The position numbers were made by a program, and so were the translations under genes. The notes beneath the pieces were generated by a model. That model was not told the origin of the DNA and did not search any database. It saw only the letters and a program-made list of their open reading frames with translations. Positions 43,012 through 56,620 of a stretch of 64,000 nucleotides of DNA are shown piece by piece (within the stretch, counting starts at the first letter, position 1; every line of letters starts with the position of its first letter). This DNA is from Octopus vulgaris. Lineage: Eukaryota. The DNA lies in assembly GCA_951406725.2 (NCBI GenBank), contig OX597825.1, positions 6,386,001-6,450,000 on the forward strand. The letters are read 5' to 3'.

Positions 43012-43580
43012 TGTATGTGTGTATATTTCTTTTTATTCTTTCTTTTGTCAAACAGTTTTTCTCAGTTATTTTTTCTACTCAATTATATTTCCACTCGTAT
43101 TTTTTCATGTACCAATTTCTCTATACTTTTATTTAGATCTTGTATTCTTTCCGTTTATGTCTTTTTTTCTTCCAATTATTCTTCTCCCATTTTCTATATC
43201 TTTCTTCATCTTTCATTTTCGTACACATTTCGCTGTGCACATCCCGCTCGTTCATACGAGGTATTCTAACAAATAATATACATTTAAAATGAATAAACTT
43301 GGAATTATTAATTTCTGTCACCTGTATTATCATCGTCAAAATACCTAGTAATTCAGGTGAATGAGAGTTAGAAATACCTGATGATTGCTTACGCACGCAA
43401 TTTAATACACTGGAAATAACACATCTAGAATTACTTGCCACAATCCATACAAGTGTACATAAACACATTTTGTAATAGATCAATCCATCGTACCGTTCTT
43501 CATTTATAGAATGGTAACTCTTTTTCCTGATTATTATCATTCTAGTCGTGTTGTGACTCTCCTCCGAACGTTGCTAAAAT

Positions 43581-44004
43581 TACTCTTTTACTCTTTTACT
43601 TGTTTCAGCCATTTGACTGCGGCCATGCTGGAGCAACGCCTTTAGTCGAGCAAATCGACCCCGGGACTTATTCTTTGTAAGCCCAGTACTTATTCTATCG
43701 GTCTCTTTTGCCGAACCGCTAGGTGACAGGGACGTAAACACACCAGCATCGGTTGTCAAGCAATGCTAGGGTGACAAACACAGACACGCAAACACACACA
43801 CACACACACACACATACATATAAATATATATATATACATATATACGACAGGCTTCTTTCAGTTTCCGTCTACCAAATCCACTCACAGGGCATTGGTCGGC
43901 CCGGGGCGATAGCAGAAGACACTTGCGCAAGTTGCCACGCAGTGGGACTGAACCCGGAACCATGTGGTTGGTAAGCAAGCTACTTACCACACAGCCACTC
44001 CAGC
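43581..44004 (-). mobile_element. SINE family B, full length
   Basis: Reverse-complement match with low divergence. Confidence 0.88.
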
Positions 44005-44505
44005 GCCTTTTTTTTAAATGCTCCTTTTTTTATAACATTGTTTCATTTACTTCCTCATTCACTTATAAATTGTCATTCATATTCGTCATTTTACACCCTG
44101 GTGGCTGTGAGGTAAGAAGTTTGCTTCCCAACCAAATAGTTCCGAGTTCTATTTCATTACTTGGCATTTTGAGCAATGTCTTTTGCTACAGACTCGTGGC
44201 AGTAACCAACGAGAAACATTACTTATTGGAAGCACTAACAAAAACAAAAACCCAAAACAAATAATAAAACTAAACAAAGAGGGATCGGATGGAAGGAAGA
44301 AGAAGGGAAGAGATGAGAAGAGCAATTTGCCTGCTTAGCTTTGGAAATGTGTTATATATTGTTGTATATAACCCTTGATTGACAACCTTGTTTCCCAACT
44401 ACATGATTCCGGGTTCGGTCCCACCGCGTGTCTTCTACTATAACCTCGGGCCGACCAAAAGCCTCGTGAGTGGATTTGGTAGACGGAAGCTGAAAGTAGC
44501 CCGTC

Positions 44506-44552
<47 letters not shown>

Positions 44553-44558
<6 letters not shown>

Positions 44559-44904
44559 TTAGGGAATAAATCCAAATTTACAGGGAAAAAAATCAGATTT
44601 AGGATTAAATCCAATTTTATAGTAAAATATTATATAATATTAATTAGAGAAAAAACCACTATTTTGCAAAACAAACAAGGAAAGACTTAATCAATACATA
44701 AAATTTTAATAAAAAGTAAAAAAAACGCCACTACAATTGTTTCATGTCTTGAACGACAATCTTCAGGTGGATTTCCGATTTTCAAGTCAGTTTCACTTCA
44801 TAATTTGAAACTGACTTGAAAATCGGAAATTGTACCTGAAAAATTTTATGTATTGATTAAGTCTTTCCTTGTTTGTTTTGCAAAATAGTGGTTTTGTCTC
44901 TAAT

Positions 44905-44906
<2 letters not shown>
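44553..44906. mobile_element. Fold-back element with a hammerhead in one arm
   Basis: Inverted arms at about 44641-44793 and 44806-44906, plus a one-sided extension; (AT)n flanks. Confidence 0.8.
44728..44770 (-). ncRNA. Minimal type I hammerhead ribozyme motif
   Basis: Minus strand: CCAC-CTGAAGA-tTGTC gttcaa GACAt-GAAA-CAATTG-TA-GTGG; palindromic ACAATTGT stem III, GUA site, 4-bp stem I. Confidence 0.7.
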
Positions 44907-44982
<76 letters not shown>

Positions 44983-44990
44983 ATTATAAA

Positions 44991-45068
<78 letters not shown>

Positions 45069-46210
45069 GTATATGTATATATATGTGTGTGTGTGTGTCT
45101 TTGTATCTGTGTTTGTTCCCCAACAATGCTTGGCAACCGATGTTGGTGTTCCCATAACTTAGCAGCTTAGCAAAAGAGATCGATGGAATAAGTACAAGGC
45201 TCTAAGGAAAAAAATTACTGGGATCGATACATTTGACTATAAATGCTTCAAGGCGGTGCCCCAGCATGGCAGCAATCTAATGACTGAAACAAGTAAAAGG
45301 TAAAAGATATAAGATTCTAGTTGGAGAATCCATACGCGATATAATGGTTTATATTCAGAGAAAGATATTGAACCTCAACAAATGACTACAGATAGGAACT
45401 GTATCCAAATTGTGCTCGAGTAGAAAACGGCAACGGAAATTAGGTAAGTTTGTAAAAACCGAATTGTATAAATAAATAATCAGGAAAAAACGCAGGGTTT
45501 ACAAAATGAAAATAATCGAAGTAATATTTAACGCTAGACAGAGTAAACTATGAGATGAATATTGAACACAATATTTAATGCTGTGTTGGGGGAGGGAAAT
45601 TTTCCCACACGTCCAATAATAAGAATATTAAAATATTAAATAATGAGGCTCATATGCAGCTAGAAACTTAATAATACGAATGTAATGGCGGTAATGAAAA
45701 AAATGAATACTGGCAGAAAAAGCGGCCATGAAGATTGAAAAAAAAAATACTCTAATTATTTGCAAGTCACATAAAATGTATGAAATAGATAAAGAAATGT
45801 ATAATGGGAACAATAAAGTAAGGGGGTGATGGAGAGAATGCCCCCGCCTTGTGAAATTCATGTATAATCATTTGAACGAAAATCTGTTGAGGATTTCTAC
45901 ACAGCTTTGATTAAAATTCAATGTCTGTTGATGTTTTTGATGTATAAGCAAATGCTATAAACAAGCCCCAACACGTCTCAGATGAGTTATACTTGGGTAA
46001 TCGTATGGAAAAAAAAAGGTGTTGTTCGATTGCGGTTTCGATAAATGTAGTGTTGAATAGTCAAATTAATCTCTATGAGAAGTATTCCGAGTGAGAATAT
46101 GAGAATATGGGAATATGAGAATATGGGAATATGGGAATATGAAGTTGATGAATGAGGGTGGGTGGGTGGGTGAGGTTTATGATTGAATAATAGACTCGAG
46201 TATGATAAAA

Positions 46211-46812
46211 TGGCGGCGAGCTGGCAGAAATGTTAGCACGCCGGGCGAAATGCTTAGCGGTATTTCGTCTGCGTTACGTTGTGAGTTCAAATTCCGCCGA
46301 GGTCGACTTTGCCTTTCATCCTTTCGGGGTCGATAAATTAAGTACCAGTTACGCACTGGGGTCGATGTAATCGACTTAATACCTATGTCTGTCCTTGTTT
46401 GTCCCCTCTGTGTTTAGCCCCTTGTGGATAATAAAGAAATAGGTATTTCGTCTGCCGTTACGTTCTGAGTTCAAATTCCACCGAGGTCGACTTTGCCTTT
46501 CATCCTTTCGGGGTCGATTTAGTAAGTACCAGTTACGCACTGGGGTCGATATAATCGAGTTAATCCGTTTGTCTGTCTTTGTTTGTCCTCTCTACGTTTA
46601 GCCCCTTGTGGGTAATAAAGAAACAAGTATTTCGTCTGCCGTTACGTTCTGAGTTCAAATTCCGCCGTGGTCGACTTTGCCTTTCATCCTTTCGGGGTCG
46701 ATTAAGTAAGTACCAGTAACGCACTGGGGTCGATATAATCGAGTTAATCCGTGTGTCTGTCCTTGTTTGTCACCTCTGTGTTTAGCCCCTTGTGGGTAGT
46801 AAAGAAATAAGT
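46211..46812 (+). mobile_element. SINE family A tandem trimer (about 185-bp units)
   Basis: One head, then three units each starting GTATTTCGTCTGC (about 46260, 46443, 46627) and ending AAAGAAA. Confidence 0.9.
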
Positions 46813-47231
46813 ATCATGGAAATAATAGTTTTTGAAACAGTTCCAGTGGCTGACATTGTGTGTGTGCAGGCGCAGTGGTATTGAAAAGTAATGAAATAAA
46901 ATAAAATAAGGGGTAGCAAAAGAAAGGGTTTAGGGAGTAAAATTGGTCATACAAGTGAGAAAACAGCCCTTTGTTCACATTGTACACTGAAGGGCTGTGA
47001 ATTGGTGGAATCCATAGAGCAGGGATTTTCAAAGTGGTTGGTACCTCTTTTGGTACCATCCAATGTAAGAGACAGGGGAAAATCTTACACAGGTTCTGGA
47101 GGGAAAATGGTACAGAAGCTAGTGATAGATCCATGTGTACAGTTTGTTTTTAGTCCTCGCCTCCCATTGGTTTCAAATTCTCACACAAAACCAACAGCAA
47201 TTTCATGAGAAATCCACACACATACACACGC

Positions 47232-47266
<35 letters not shown>

Positions 47267-47269
<3 letters not shown>

Positions 47270-47566
47270 GATCTGGTAGACGGAAACCGAATGAAGCCCG
47301 TGTGTATATGTTTGTGTGTCTGTGTTTGTCCTCCCAACATCGCTTGTCAACTGATGCTGGTGTTTATTGAGCGAAAACACTTAACGCTCCACGAGGCTCC
47401 CTGCTCTACTCTTTCGCCAAAACTTTCCCTCGCCCTTTCCTTCTGTTGGCCTGCTCGCTTAGCCAGCGGGGTGGCGTCATTTCAAGGCATAAAACAATGC
47501 GAAGCGCGTTGCGAACAGCAATGTGTAACAACATCTGATAGCCTGGTCTGTCACGTGATCACGTGA
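47267..47566 (+). mobile_element. Chimeric SINE fragment: family B middle fused to a family C-related body
   Basis: Junction at GTGTTTA near 47360, followed by TTGAGCGAAAACACTTAA..CCACGAGGCTC as in family C. Confidence 0.7.
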
Positions 47567-47596
47567 TATATATATATATATATGTATATATGCGTG

Positions 47597-47636
<40 letters not shown>

Positions 47637-47637
<1 letters not shown>

Positions 47638-47803
47638 AGGAATGGCTGTGTGGTAAGTAGCTTGCTTACGAACCACATGGTTCCGAGTTCAGTCCCACTG
47701 CATGGCACCTTGGGCAAGTGTCTTCAACTATAACTTCGGGCCAACCAGAGCCTTGTGAGTGGATCTGGTAGACGGAAACCGAATGAAGCCCGTCATATAT
47801 ATG

Positions 47804-47834
<31 letters not shown>

Positions 47835-48046
47835 GTGTATATGTTTGTGTGTCTGTGTTTGTCCTCCCAACATCGCTTGTCAACCGATGCTGGTGTGTTT
47901 ACGTCCCCGTAACTTAGCGGTTCGGCAAAACAGACCGATAGATTAAGTACTAGGCTTACAAAGAATAAGTCCTGGAGTCGATTTTCTCGACTAAAGGCGG
48001 TGCTCCAGCATGGCCACAGTCAAAATGACTGAAACAAGTAAAAGAG
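47637..48046 (+). mobile_element. SINE family B, full length
   Basis: Collinear with the other family B copies. Confidence 0.88.
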
Positions 48047-49773
48047 TATGTGTGTATTTACATGCAGTGCATTTATCTTTTGTGAACCATAATAAGAGAG
48101 TTACGAAAAACGAAAGTAAAAGAAGGGGCTTCATAGTTTGAAAACACTGCTGTATTATCGGACAGTAACTGTTCGGATTTTCAGTACCAGCTTCTTTCAT
48201 CCTAAGCTCCAACCTTGCTGTAATCGACATTTACGAGCCAACAAAACAAGCAGAAGCCGCGTATTAATATTGCTATAATCAATTATTCTCTCACCCAAAA
48301 CATTTGTTGACCTGTCTGATAGAACGACCTCGAAATCCACGTCAACCCTTCTGTTGTTGAACCCTATCAAATTGTAAACCGGTCATTGTAGCGGGGTTCT
48401 TTCGTCTAAATGTCATTCGTTATTACGAAATAAACTTTTATCAGAAGCTACGTTGATAGAAGAAACCCTAAGACGCTAAATATATTAATCTATTTAATAA
48501 AAGCCGAGTATTCGAAAATGGGGAGTGATATTATAAGGCACTAAGAAAATCTTAAAGGAGTGATTCTCCGACATACATTCTTTTTTTATTGCCTGTCTTT
48601 GGTGTAATAAAATGGGGATCAAAACTAGATTATCTATGCCAGTATCTCAGATCCAAGTGGTGTTAGCTCCGAAACAACCAATAAATTAATCTTTTCCCCT
48701 TCTAGCAAGGCAGAACTGGATGCATCCCTTGTTCTCTTAAATAACGAATATGAAATACTTCGATGCGATGTAATCAGAATATTGGATGTTCTGCAGAAAT
48801 ATTATGGTGGTCTCGTGCAAACAGAATACGGCATGTCATAGATGTCTGAGGCACATAATTAACAGCTTGGTGGAGAGCATAAAATATATTCCTGTATGCA
48901 TTTCGTCACCAAAAGTAAAAAAAAAAAAATAGCTGTGGCTTGAACAGACCTCACAACCCATGAACTCGAACGTAAACTACCGTAATAAAATTAACTTTTT
49001 TCATACGGAAAGAGAAAGAGAAAAAGAAATAACCGTGAGAATAATTGGAAGGAGAAAAGAAAAAAGATTCTGTTAATTTAAAGAAGCTAAGAAAAATCAA
49101 CCAGCTGTTAAACAATTTCCATTTTGTTGGGGTAGAGTTGATTGCAAAACCAAAAAAATATTTGTAATATTCATTTGTCACATCGACACGAAGCCATATA
49201 TCTGTAAAGCAGATGAGTAGTAATTGGGTTTAACTTCAGTTCATCATTGGTAATTAGATTGTAGTCAACAGGCATTGAAAAAACTAAAGAGGGTCGATGC
49301 GAGAGTCAAACAGAATACAGAAAAAAATTGTTGGCCACTATCCTTGCAAATACGCAATGATCTGGCATACACGGCCTTCATTTTTACAGTACATTATCAA
49401 AAGAATAAGTTTTAAAGTCGACTCCAAATGTCAGTTTAATCCATTTTATTGAAGAGAAAAAGTAAAGAAAATACAAAGAGCAATAAATAAACCTACAGCT
49501 CTGTGTTGTAAGTTTAATTCAAATTTGTCATTGAAATGAAAAATAATTAAGAAAGAAAAGCTCTCCATATAATTCCTAGTAATTAAGTTTAGCACTCATT
49601 AGTAATTTGGTATTTAATTGAAATTTATAGACTGTTAAATATTTATTGAGTTATTTATTTTATTAGCAAAGATAGCTCTGAGATTTTAATAGATATTCAT
49701 GGCTTCGAGCTAGATCGAAAACAAAGAAACATGTACCAATGTTTTTCGGAAATTAGCATGTATTTGTGTGAGT

Positions 49774-49819
<46 letters not shown>

Positions 49820-49989
49820 AATGATCGGTGGTGATAACGCGAAAGAGATTTTCGTGTACGACGTCTGGGAAACAGTTTCAAGTCTTAGCTGCAATCGTTT
49901 CCCTTCAGTTACGTTGTCATTGTCTGAGACAAGCGATGAATGTTATCCAATATAATTTCCTTATCTTTGAATGTGGCAATCTTGTGCCG

Positions 49990-50522
49990 CGAGCTGGCAG
50001 AAATGCTAGCACGCCTGGCGAAATGCTTAGCGGTATTTCGTCCGCCGTTACGTTCTGAGTTCAACTTCCACCGAGGTCGATTTTGCCTTTCATTCTTTCG
50101 GGGTCGATTAAATAAGTACCAGTTACGCACTGTGGTCGATATAATCGACTTAATCCGTTTGTCTGTCCTTGTTTGTTCTATCTGTGTTTAGCCCCTTGTG
50201 GGTAGTAAAGAAATAAATCTTGTGCCGGAACAAGAAAGCTCAGGTCGACTTTGCCTTTCATCCTATCGTGGTCGATAAATTAAGTACCAGTTGCGTACTG
50301 GGGGTCGATCTATTCGACTAGCTCCCTCCCTAAAATATTCAGGCCTTGTGCCCAAAGTAGAAAAGATTATTATGAAAGCTGCTATTACGCCGAGGTCGAC
50401 TTTGCCTTTCATCTTTTCGGGATCGATAAATTAAGTACCAGCTGAGCACTGGGTGTCGATGTAATCAACTTACCTCCCCACCCCGAAATTTCTGGCGTTG
50501 TGCTAAAATTTGAAACCGATAT
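49990..50522 (+). mobile_element. Cluster of three SINE A copies; the first has a TSD
   Basis: 49990-50215 is flanked by AATCTTGTGCCG at 49978-49989 and 50216-50227; truncated copies at about 50241-50370 and 50388-50522. Confidence 0.85.
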
Positions 50523-51572
50523 TATGGAAGCTGCTGAGAAGCGATCAATTCCGAACAAATCAAAGACATTACAAACAAAATTCTCACCCCCTCCTATTCC
50601 TTTTCTTCACTAATTCTCCGTTTCTGCGTTTATCTGAAAAATCTATATTTTATTTCAATTTAAGCAATGCTGGAAATAGTAAAACTCATCGCTAAATACA
50701 TATTATTTCTTTTCATTCTTCTGTATTCTTTGTTTAAATCCTCCTGGGACCTAGATTACATTTACCCGTCTGGCTTCTTCATAAAACCATTTTCATCGCT
50801 CCCAATACGAATATAAGAAAATTATTAGCAGAGAAAACAATACCGTGCACGTGTATCTTACCGCTTTCCTTCAATAATAGCGATCGGTCGGGTCGATAGG
50901 AACAGAAATAAAATAGCAGCAATTTGAAATTGTACAGTTCCAATTCCAACTAGTGATTTACGTTATTTAGGTTAATAAAAATAAAATGTTACTGTAATCA
51001 ATTTAATCAAGTATAATCTACATTTACAAAGTTCGTATTATCCCTTAAAAAATCATTATCCTTATTTCATATCTAATTCAGAAAATCGAAAAGCGAAAAA
51101 TTATTCTAAAAATTAATATATTTATGTAAAATTTTATTTAAACAACTAAATGGATGCTAAATGTAGAATTTTAATTCTGTTGTCAAAGAGAGATAAGAAA
51201 TACATATACACAATATAAAAAGCATTCTTTTTTAAAATTAATAATTGGCAGAAGTTACAGAGTGACTCAAAGGCCGAGAGTTTCGTGCGTTGGAACTTAT
51301 CAAATTGAAAGAAATATCAGCAATTTGTCAGTTATTATTTTGAACGAACTTGTCCATTTGAATTGTAGTATGAGCAAAATAATTGTTTCAACATGTTTGG
51401 AAATTATGTTGAAGAAAGCAGAACCCGATGAGAAGAAAATGCCATGATGTAAACTGTGTATGTGCTGAGAGGAATTTGGCCTCGTACAAACTGAGCAGGG
51501 ATCTAAGTCTGGCTGATTCGCGAATGATATGCTAATATTTAAATAGTGCTGTTAGAATACGTTTCAGTTCAT

Positions 51573-51686
<114 letters not shown>

Positions 51687-51698
51687 GTGTGTGTGTGC

Positions 51699-51733
<35 letters not shown>

Positions 51734-51850
51734 GAGAAAGAGAGAGAGGTAGTAATACATACCGAACGACATCGGTAAAAAGGGAAAGAAAGATCTAAAA
51801 CAATTTCTCTGCAAACACTATAAGACTTCCACTGAAGAACTGAACGAGTG

Positions 51851-51945
<95 letters not shown>

Positions 51946-52013
51946 GCACACACATACACACACGCATCCACACACATACATGCACACACGCACATACACA
52001 CACACATACACAC

Positions 52014-52058
<45 letters not shown>

Positions 52059-52754
52059 CACATGCACACACGCACATACACACACACACATCTATACACC
52101 CTTTCTTTACGCCTCTGAAGATTTTCCTCATGTTTATACATGTGTGTTAACTTATGTAAACTTGCTGCTTCCGTCCGCTTTACGAGATAAAATGTCGCTT
52201 AAATGCGATCAAATTGTGACTCACGTCTCTCTTGTGTTTATAAAAGCATGATGCAGAACAGAATAAGTTTATTAAATTCAATACAGAATATTAACCATGG
52301 CACCGCCATTTATAAGGCTTAATGCCGAAATAATCTTAGATTTTTGACTTGTTGATTTGCGATGATTGAAATGAATTCTTGGAAATTCTTGCGTTTCAAA
52401 TATGTATCGACTAAAACCGAAATTACAGTCATAGTACATGTGAGAAAAGGTTACATATTCTGAAATAGGAAAGCGAACATAACAGCGTAGGCTACCCTCA
52501 AACAATCCACCCCATGTAGGCAAAGAAGCAGTGATGGAAAGGTTAAAAGTTTCTTCCAAACAATCTGTGCACCAGATTCTTATTACATATCATAGAAAAC
52601 TTTGTTCTTTTGACCTATGAAATTATCTGTGACATACATAGTTTTCTTATGCTTTCCATTTTCTTCATTCAAGTAGAATGTTCTTTCTTGCCTAAGGATA
52701 CTGCATTTATTTCGACTGTACTCAATGAATGATATTGCTGTAAAGACATCTACT

Positions 52755-52809
52755 GCCGTTGCTGTTGCTGCGGCTGTTGCTGTTGTTGCTGCTGCTGCTG
52801 CTACTACTT

Positions 52810-52870
<61 letters not shown>

Positions 52871-52986
52871 AACCACCAGCACCACCAGTACCAGCAATAG
52901 TACTGCCGCCACCATCACCACCACCACAACCATCACCATCACCATCACCATCCGCACCACCAGTACCACCAGCACCACCACCACCT

Positions 52987-53032
<46 letters not shown>

Positions 53033-53091
53033 AACAATAATCATTACCGCAACTGCATATATATGTATATATATATATATATAAATATATG

Positions 53092-53122
<31 letters not shown>

Positions 53123-53123
53123 G

Positions 53124-53159
<36 letters not shown>

Positions 53160-53185
53160 TATATAAATATATGTATAAATATATG

Positions 53186-53216
<31 letters not shown>

Positions 53217-53233
53217 GTATATATATATGTATA

Positions 53234-53276
<43 letters not shown>
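52755..53276. repeat. (GCT)/(ACT)/(ACC) trinucleotide block followed by (AT)n
   Basis: Directly visible. Confidence 0.92.
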
Positions 53277-53278
<2 letters not shown>

Positions 53279-53555
53279 TTCTCTTTAAAGTAAACAAAAA
53301 CATTTCACCGTTTTATTGTTTTTTTTTCAAAAATCCTATATTGAAAGAAATATCTTTATCGGTTCTTGTACCGATTTCAGATTGGTGCCGTGTAATATAA
53401 TTGTCTGGAATTTCATTGAAAACAAGACTGAAAATTGCAAAAATATACGAGAGATAAAAATACGGAAATAAAATAAAACCTTCAGAGAAAATCTAGAAAC
53501 TGTTCAATTGAAAAGTTGATTAGGTGAGAATAAAATTATAAAATGGCGCTAGCGT

Positions 53556-53623
<68 letters not shown>

Positions 53624-54268
53624 CGTGTGTGCGTGTGTGTAGTTATTATTTTGCCATTTTTAGTGCTGTATTTTTAATTTTCTTCATTTATGTTTCTTGT
53701 ATAATTTTATTGGTGTGTATATTATTTTCGTTTTTGTTTTTATAAGATTCTTAAGATTGATGGGTCTCATTTTAGAATAATATCATGGGATTCTCTGGCG
53801 ATAAGAAGAGGAAAAATACTCTCTCTCTGCTCGCACATGCCGCTCGATAAACAACCAAGTAATATTGAAAGATATCCTTTTGTTTTGTACGGAGCATATG
53901 AGTGTAATGAAAAGTCAAAAGAGATAGCACTACAATATGACCTGCAGGGACTCGCAGACGTTACTGTATAATCGAATATGTTCCACTTTTATTGCTAAAA
54001 TTGATTATCTTCTGCGGAAATGGACATAATTGAAATAAAAGAAATTGCCAACTAAGTTCATTACAACTTTGATTTTTGTACTTAAAATATTTCCGAGTTC
54101 AAATCTCACCCAGAATTAATTTGCTTTTCATATTTCCAGAAATATTGATAAAATGACTTCCAATAGCATATTTACGAAAGAGTTGATATTGTGGTTGGAA
54201 ATCTACATAAACGTGATTTTGGATACGTATAAGACTACAGTCACACACACACACACACACACACACGC

Positions 54269-54328
<60 letters not shown>

Positions 54329-54599
54329 GCGCGCGCACACAAACACGATGATTGCTTTATCTTGAGAGATGATAGCAATCCCATCAAGACATATACTACA
54401 CCCCATCCAACAGTACAATCACTCCGTTGATGAGAACCTTAGAAGACTTTTAAGACCAGCTGCTGACTGACAGGGTTTCAAACACAAGTGACAGATATCG
54501 TTCAAGTTTCTTCTGTATCTTTGCCCTTTGGATTCTGATTCTGAAGGAATATTTTTGTGAACTAGCATGTCTTTTACGTCCAGATATTATCTTACAAGT

Positions 54600-56620
54600 T
54601 TTGTGACATATGACACAAGTCATAAGAGGCGGCCGGGGTTCAAGATTATTACTTTCCTGGGCATTTCAATCTCCATGTGACATCATATGATTCACGTCTG
54701 CTATTTTGACAACAGAACACGATCACATATAATACGTATCCAATGTTCACCGTTGGTTTCAGTTCCAGTGGTTTCTTTGCGACAGGCTCTTTTAAGCTCA
54801 GATTGCTGGATCATCTTTTCCTCCCAAGCGTTGCAACCAGTTCTAACAGCGCCTCTCCACTTGCTCCGATCCAGAACCTCATTTTCCCAATCACTTTTAT
54901 TCAATATCTAATTTTCTTCAAGCTTTCCTTCACACAGTCTTTATACCCTTTCCTCTGTATATGTTAAGGTCGCTTACCAGAATTGAGCTCACCATAAAAA
55001 GAGACGCTTTGGCAATCGCTCATCTTTCATTCTAATAACATGTCCAGCCCATCTCATTTGAGCCAAGAAAACATGTTCAATTGAGCTGCAATGTGCCATG
55101 CGCAAAACTTCTGTATCTGGTATGAAACATTCCAACTTGACTCGCAAGATACGTCTGAGGCACTTTTGAGGAAAGTGATCCATGTCTCACACGAATAAAC
55201 AAGTGCAGACAATACATACGTTTTATAGACACTGATTTTTGTCTGCAGGGAAATACCGTTATCTGCCCATACTCGTTTTTCAAGCTTTCCAAAAGCAACA
55301 CTTCCCTTCCCTATTCGATAGTATATCTCTGCATCAAGACCACCATCTCTTGACAGTGTGCTTCCAAAGTAAACAAAAATATCAATGATTTCTAATCTTG
55401 TTCCTTTCATAAAAATGTCTGGTTCAGAATATTTTTGTCCTGGCGCGGAATAAATATTACTTTGGTTTTCCCAAGACTAATTGCGAGTCCCAAATGTTCA
55501 CATGCAGTGGAACATCTGTCCATTATATGTTGCATATCCCTCTCTGAGTGTGCCAACAAATCATCATCATCAGCCTAAAATAATTCTCTAACAAGTATTT
55601 TGAAAGTGTTTGTAGTTAAACCGAAGCAAATTTAAAATGCGACCAGATGTCCGAAATCTGATTCCCATTCCCCTGTTGTAATCCTTGAAAGCGTACCAAA
55701 GTAATGCAGCAAAATAAATCGAGAAAAGTGTAGGGGCAGGAACATCTCCCTGTTTGATAACGTTGTCCACCGAAAATTCATGAGATCGCTCACCATTAAG
55801 GACTACCTGAGCTTTCATGTTTCGGTGTAGTTCCTTAAAGATGCTCACAAAATGTGTTGGGCAACCAAGTTTACACAAAATAATCCACAGTGCCTCCCTG
55901 TTTACCGTGTCAAATGCCTTAGTTAAGCCTATGAAGACCTGGTGTAGTGGTATTTTTTCCCTCTAAGCATTTCTCCTGAACAGAAAATATCATGTCCATT
56001 ATTCCTCGTTGAAGTCTGAAACCACATTGTTCTTTGGGAATCACGTGTGGACACGCATTTTCAGCGAGACAATCTAAGATAATTCTTGAAAGTATCTTCC
56101 CGGTATGTGCCAGGAGAGTTATCCATTTATAATTACCACACATTGCTTTCGGGCCCTAACCCTTTTATACAGATATTAGAATGCCATTTATCCATTCCTG
56201 TGGCACAGAAGATTTATTCTAAACTTGAGTTATCAGCCTATGAATTTCAGATGAAATATGATCTTCACATGGTTTCAAAATTTCAACTGGAAAACCATCC
56301 AATCCAAGAGATTTACCGGATCTCAGTTTACAAAATGCCAGATTTACTTCAATGGAAGGCGTATCGTTCATGTGCTGCACTATCTCTCTTTGCGCGAATC
56401 TTGTTTATGATATCCATATTCATTACAGAAAGATTATGGAAAAGATCTGCATCTATTCATTATTTCAGGAATACCTGTCTTATGCTGCTGTTTCCATCTA
56501 CCTCTTGCAAGTGAGCTGCAATGTCGTCCACAATTTCACAAAATTCTCCATTGTTTTAATTGATCCATCGTACTTCAATTCTCATAAATCCTTCGAATTT
56601 TCATTCTTTGATCCGTCACG
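54600..56620 (-). mobile_element. Decayed RTE-clade (BovB-like) LINE reverse transcriptase region
   Basis: Minus strand: GKSLGLDGFPVEILK, CGNYKWITLL..GKILSRI, QCGFR..RG..DMIF, KAFDTVNR, KQGDVPAPTLFSIYF, *ADDD (YADD-like), F.YFGSTLS, MRWAGHVIRMKDERLPKRL; many stops and frameshifts. Confidence 0.92.

Larger units (their letters stand above)
44390..45308 (+). mobile_element. SINE family B split at its internal (AT)n by a fold-back insertion
   Basis: 5' half at about 44390-44507 and 3' half at about 45085-45308. Confidence 0.75.

Noticed and set aside
46300-46345. Possible HDV-like ribozyme in the SINE A core (GTCGACT/GGTCGAT stem starting with G-U)
   Set aside because: No P1.1 GG, P4 or catalytic J4/2 segment could be placed; it is only a hairpin.
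46211-46812. Regularly spaced repeats resembling a CRISPR array
   Set aside because: Whole ~185-bp units repeat with no unique spacers; eukaryotic context and no cas genes.
52722-53084. Mucin-like or Gly/Ser-rich ORFs
   Set aside because: Mixed trinucleotide microsatellite that is open in several frames and runs into (AT)n.
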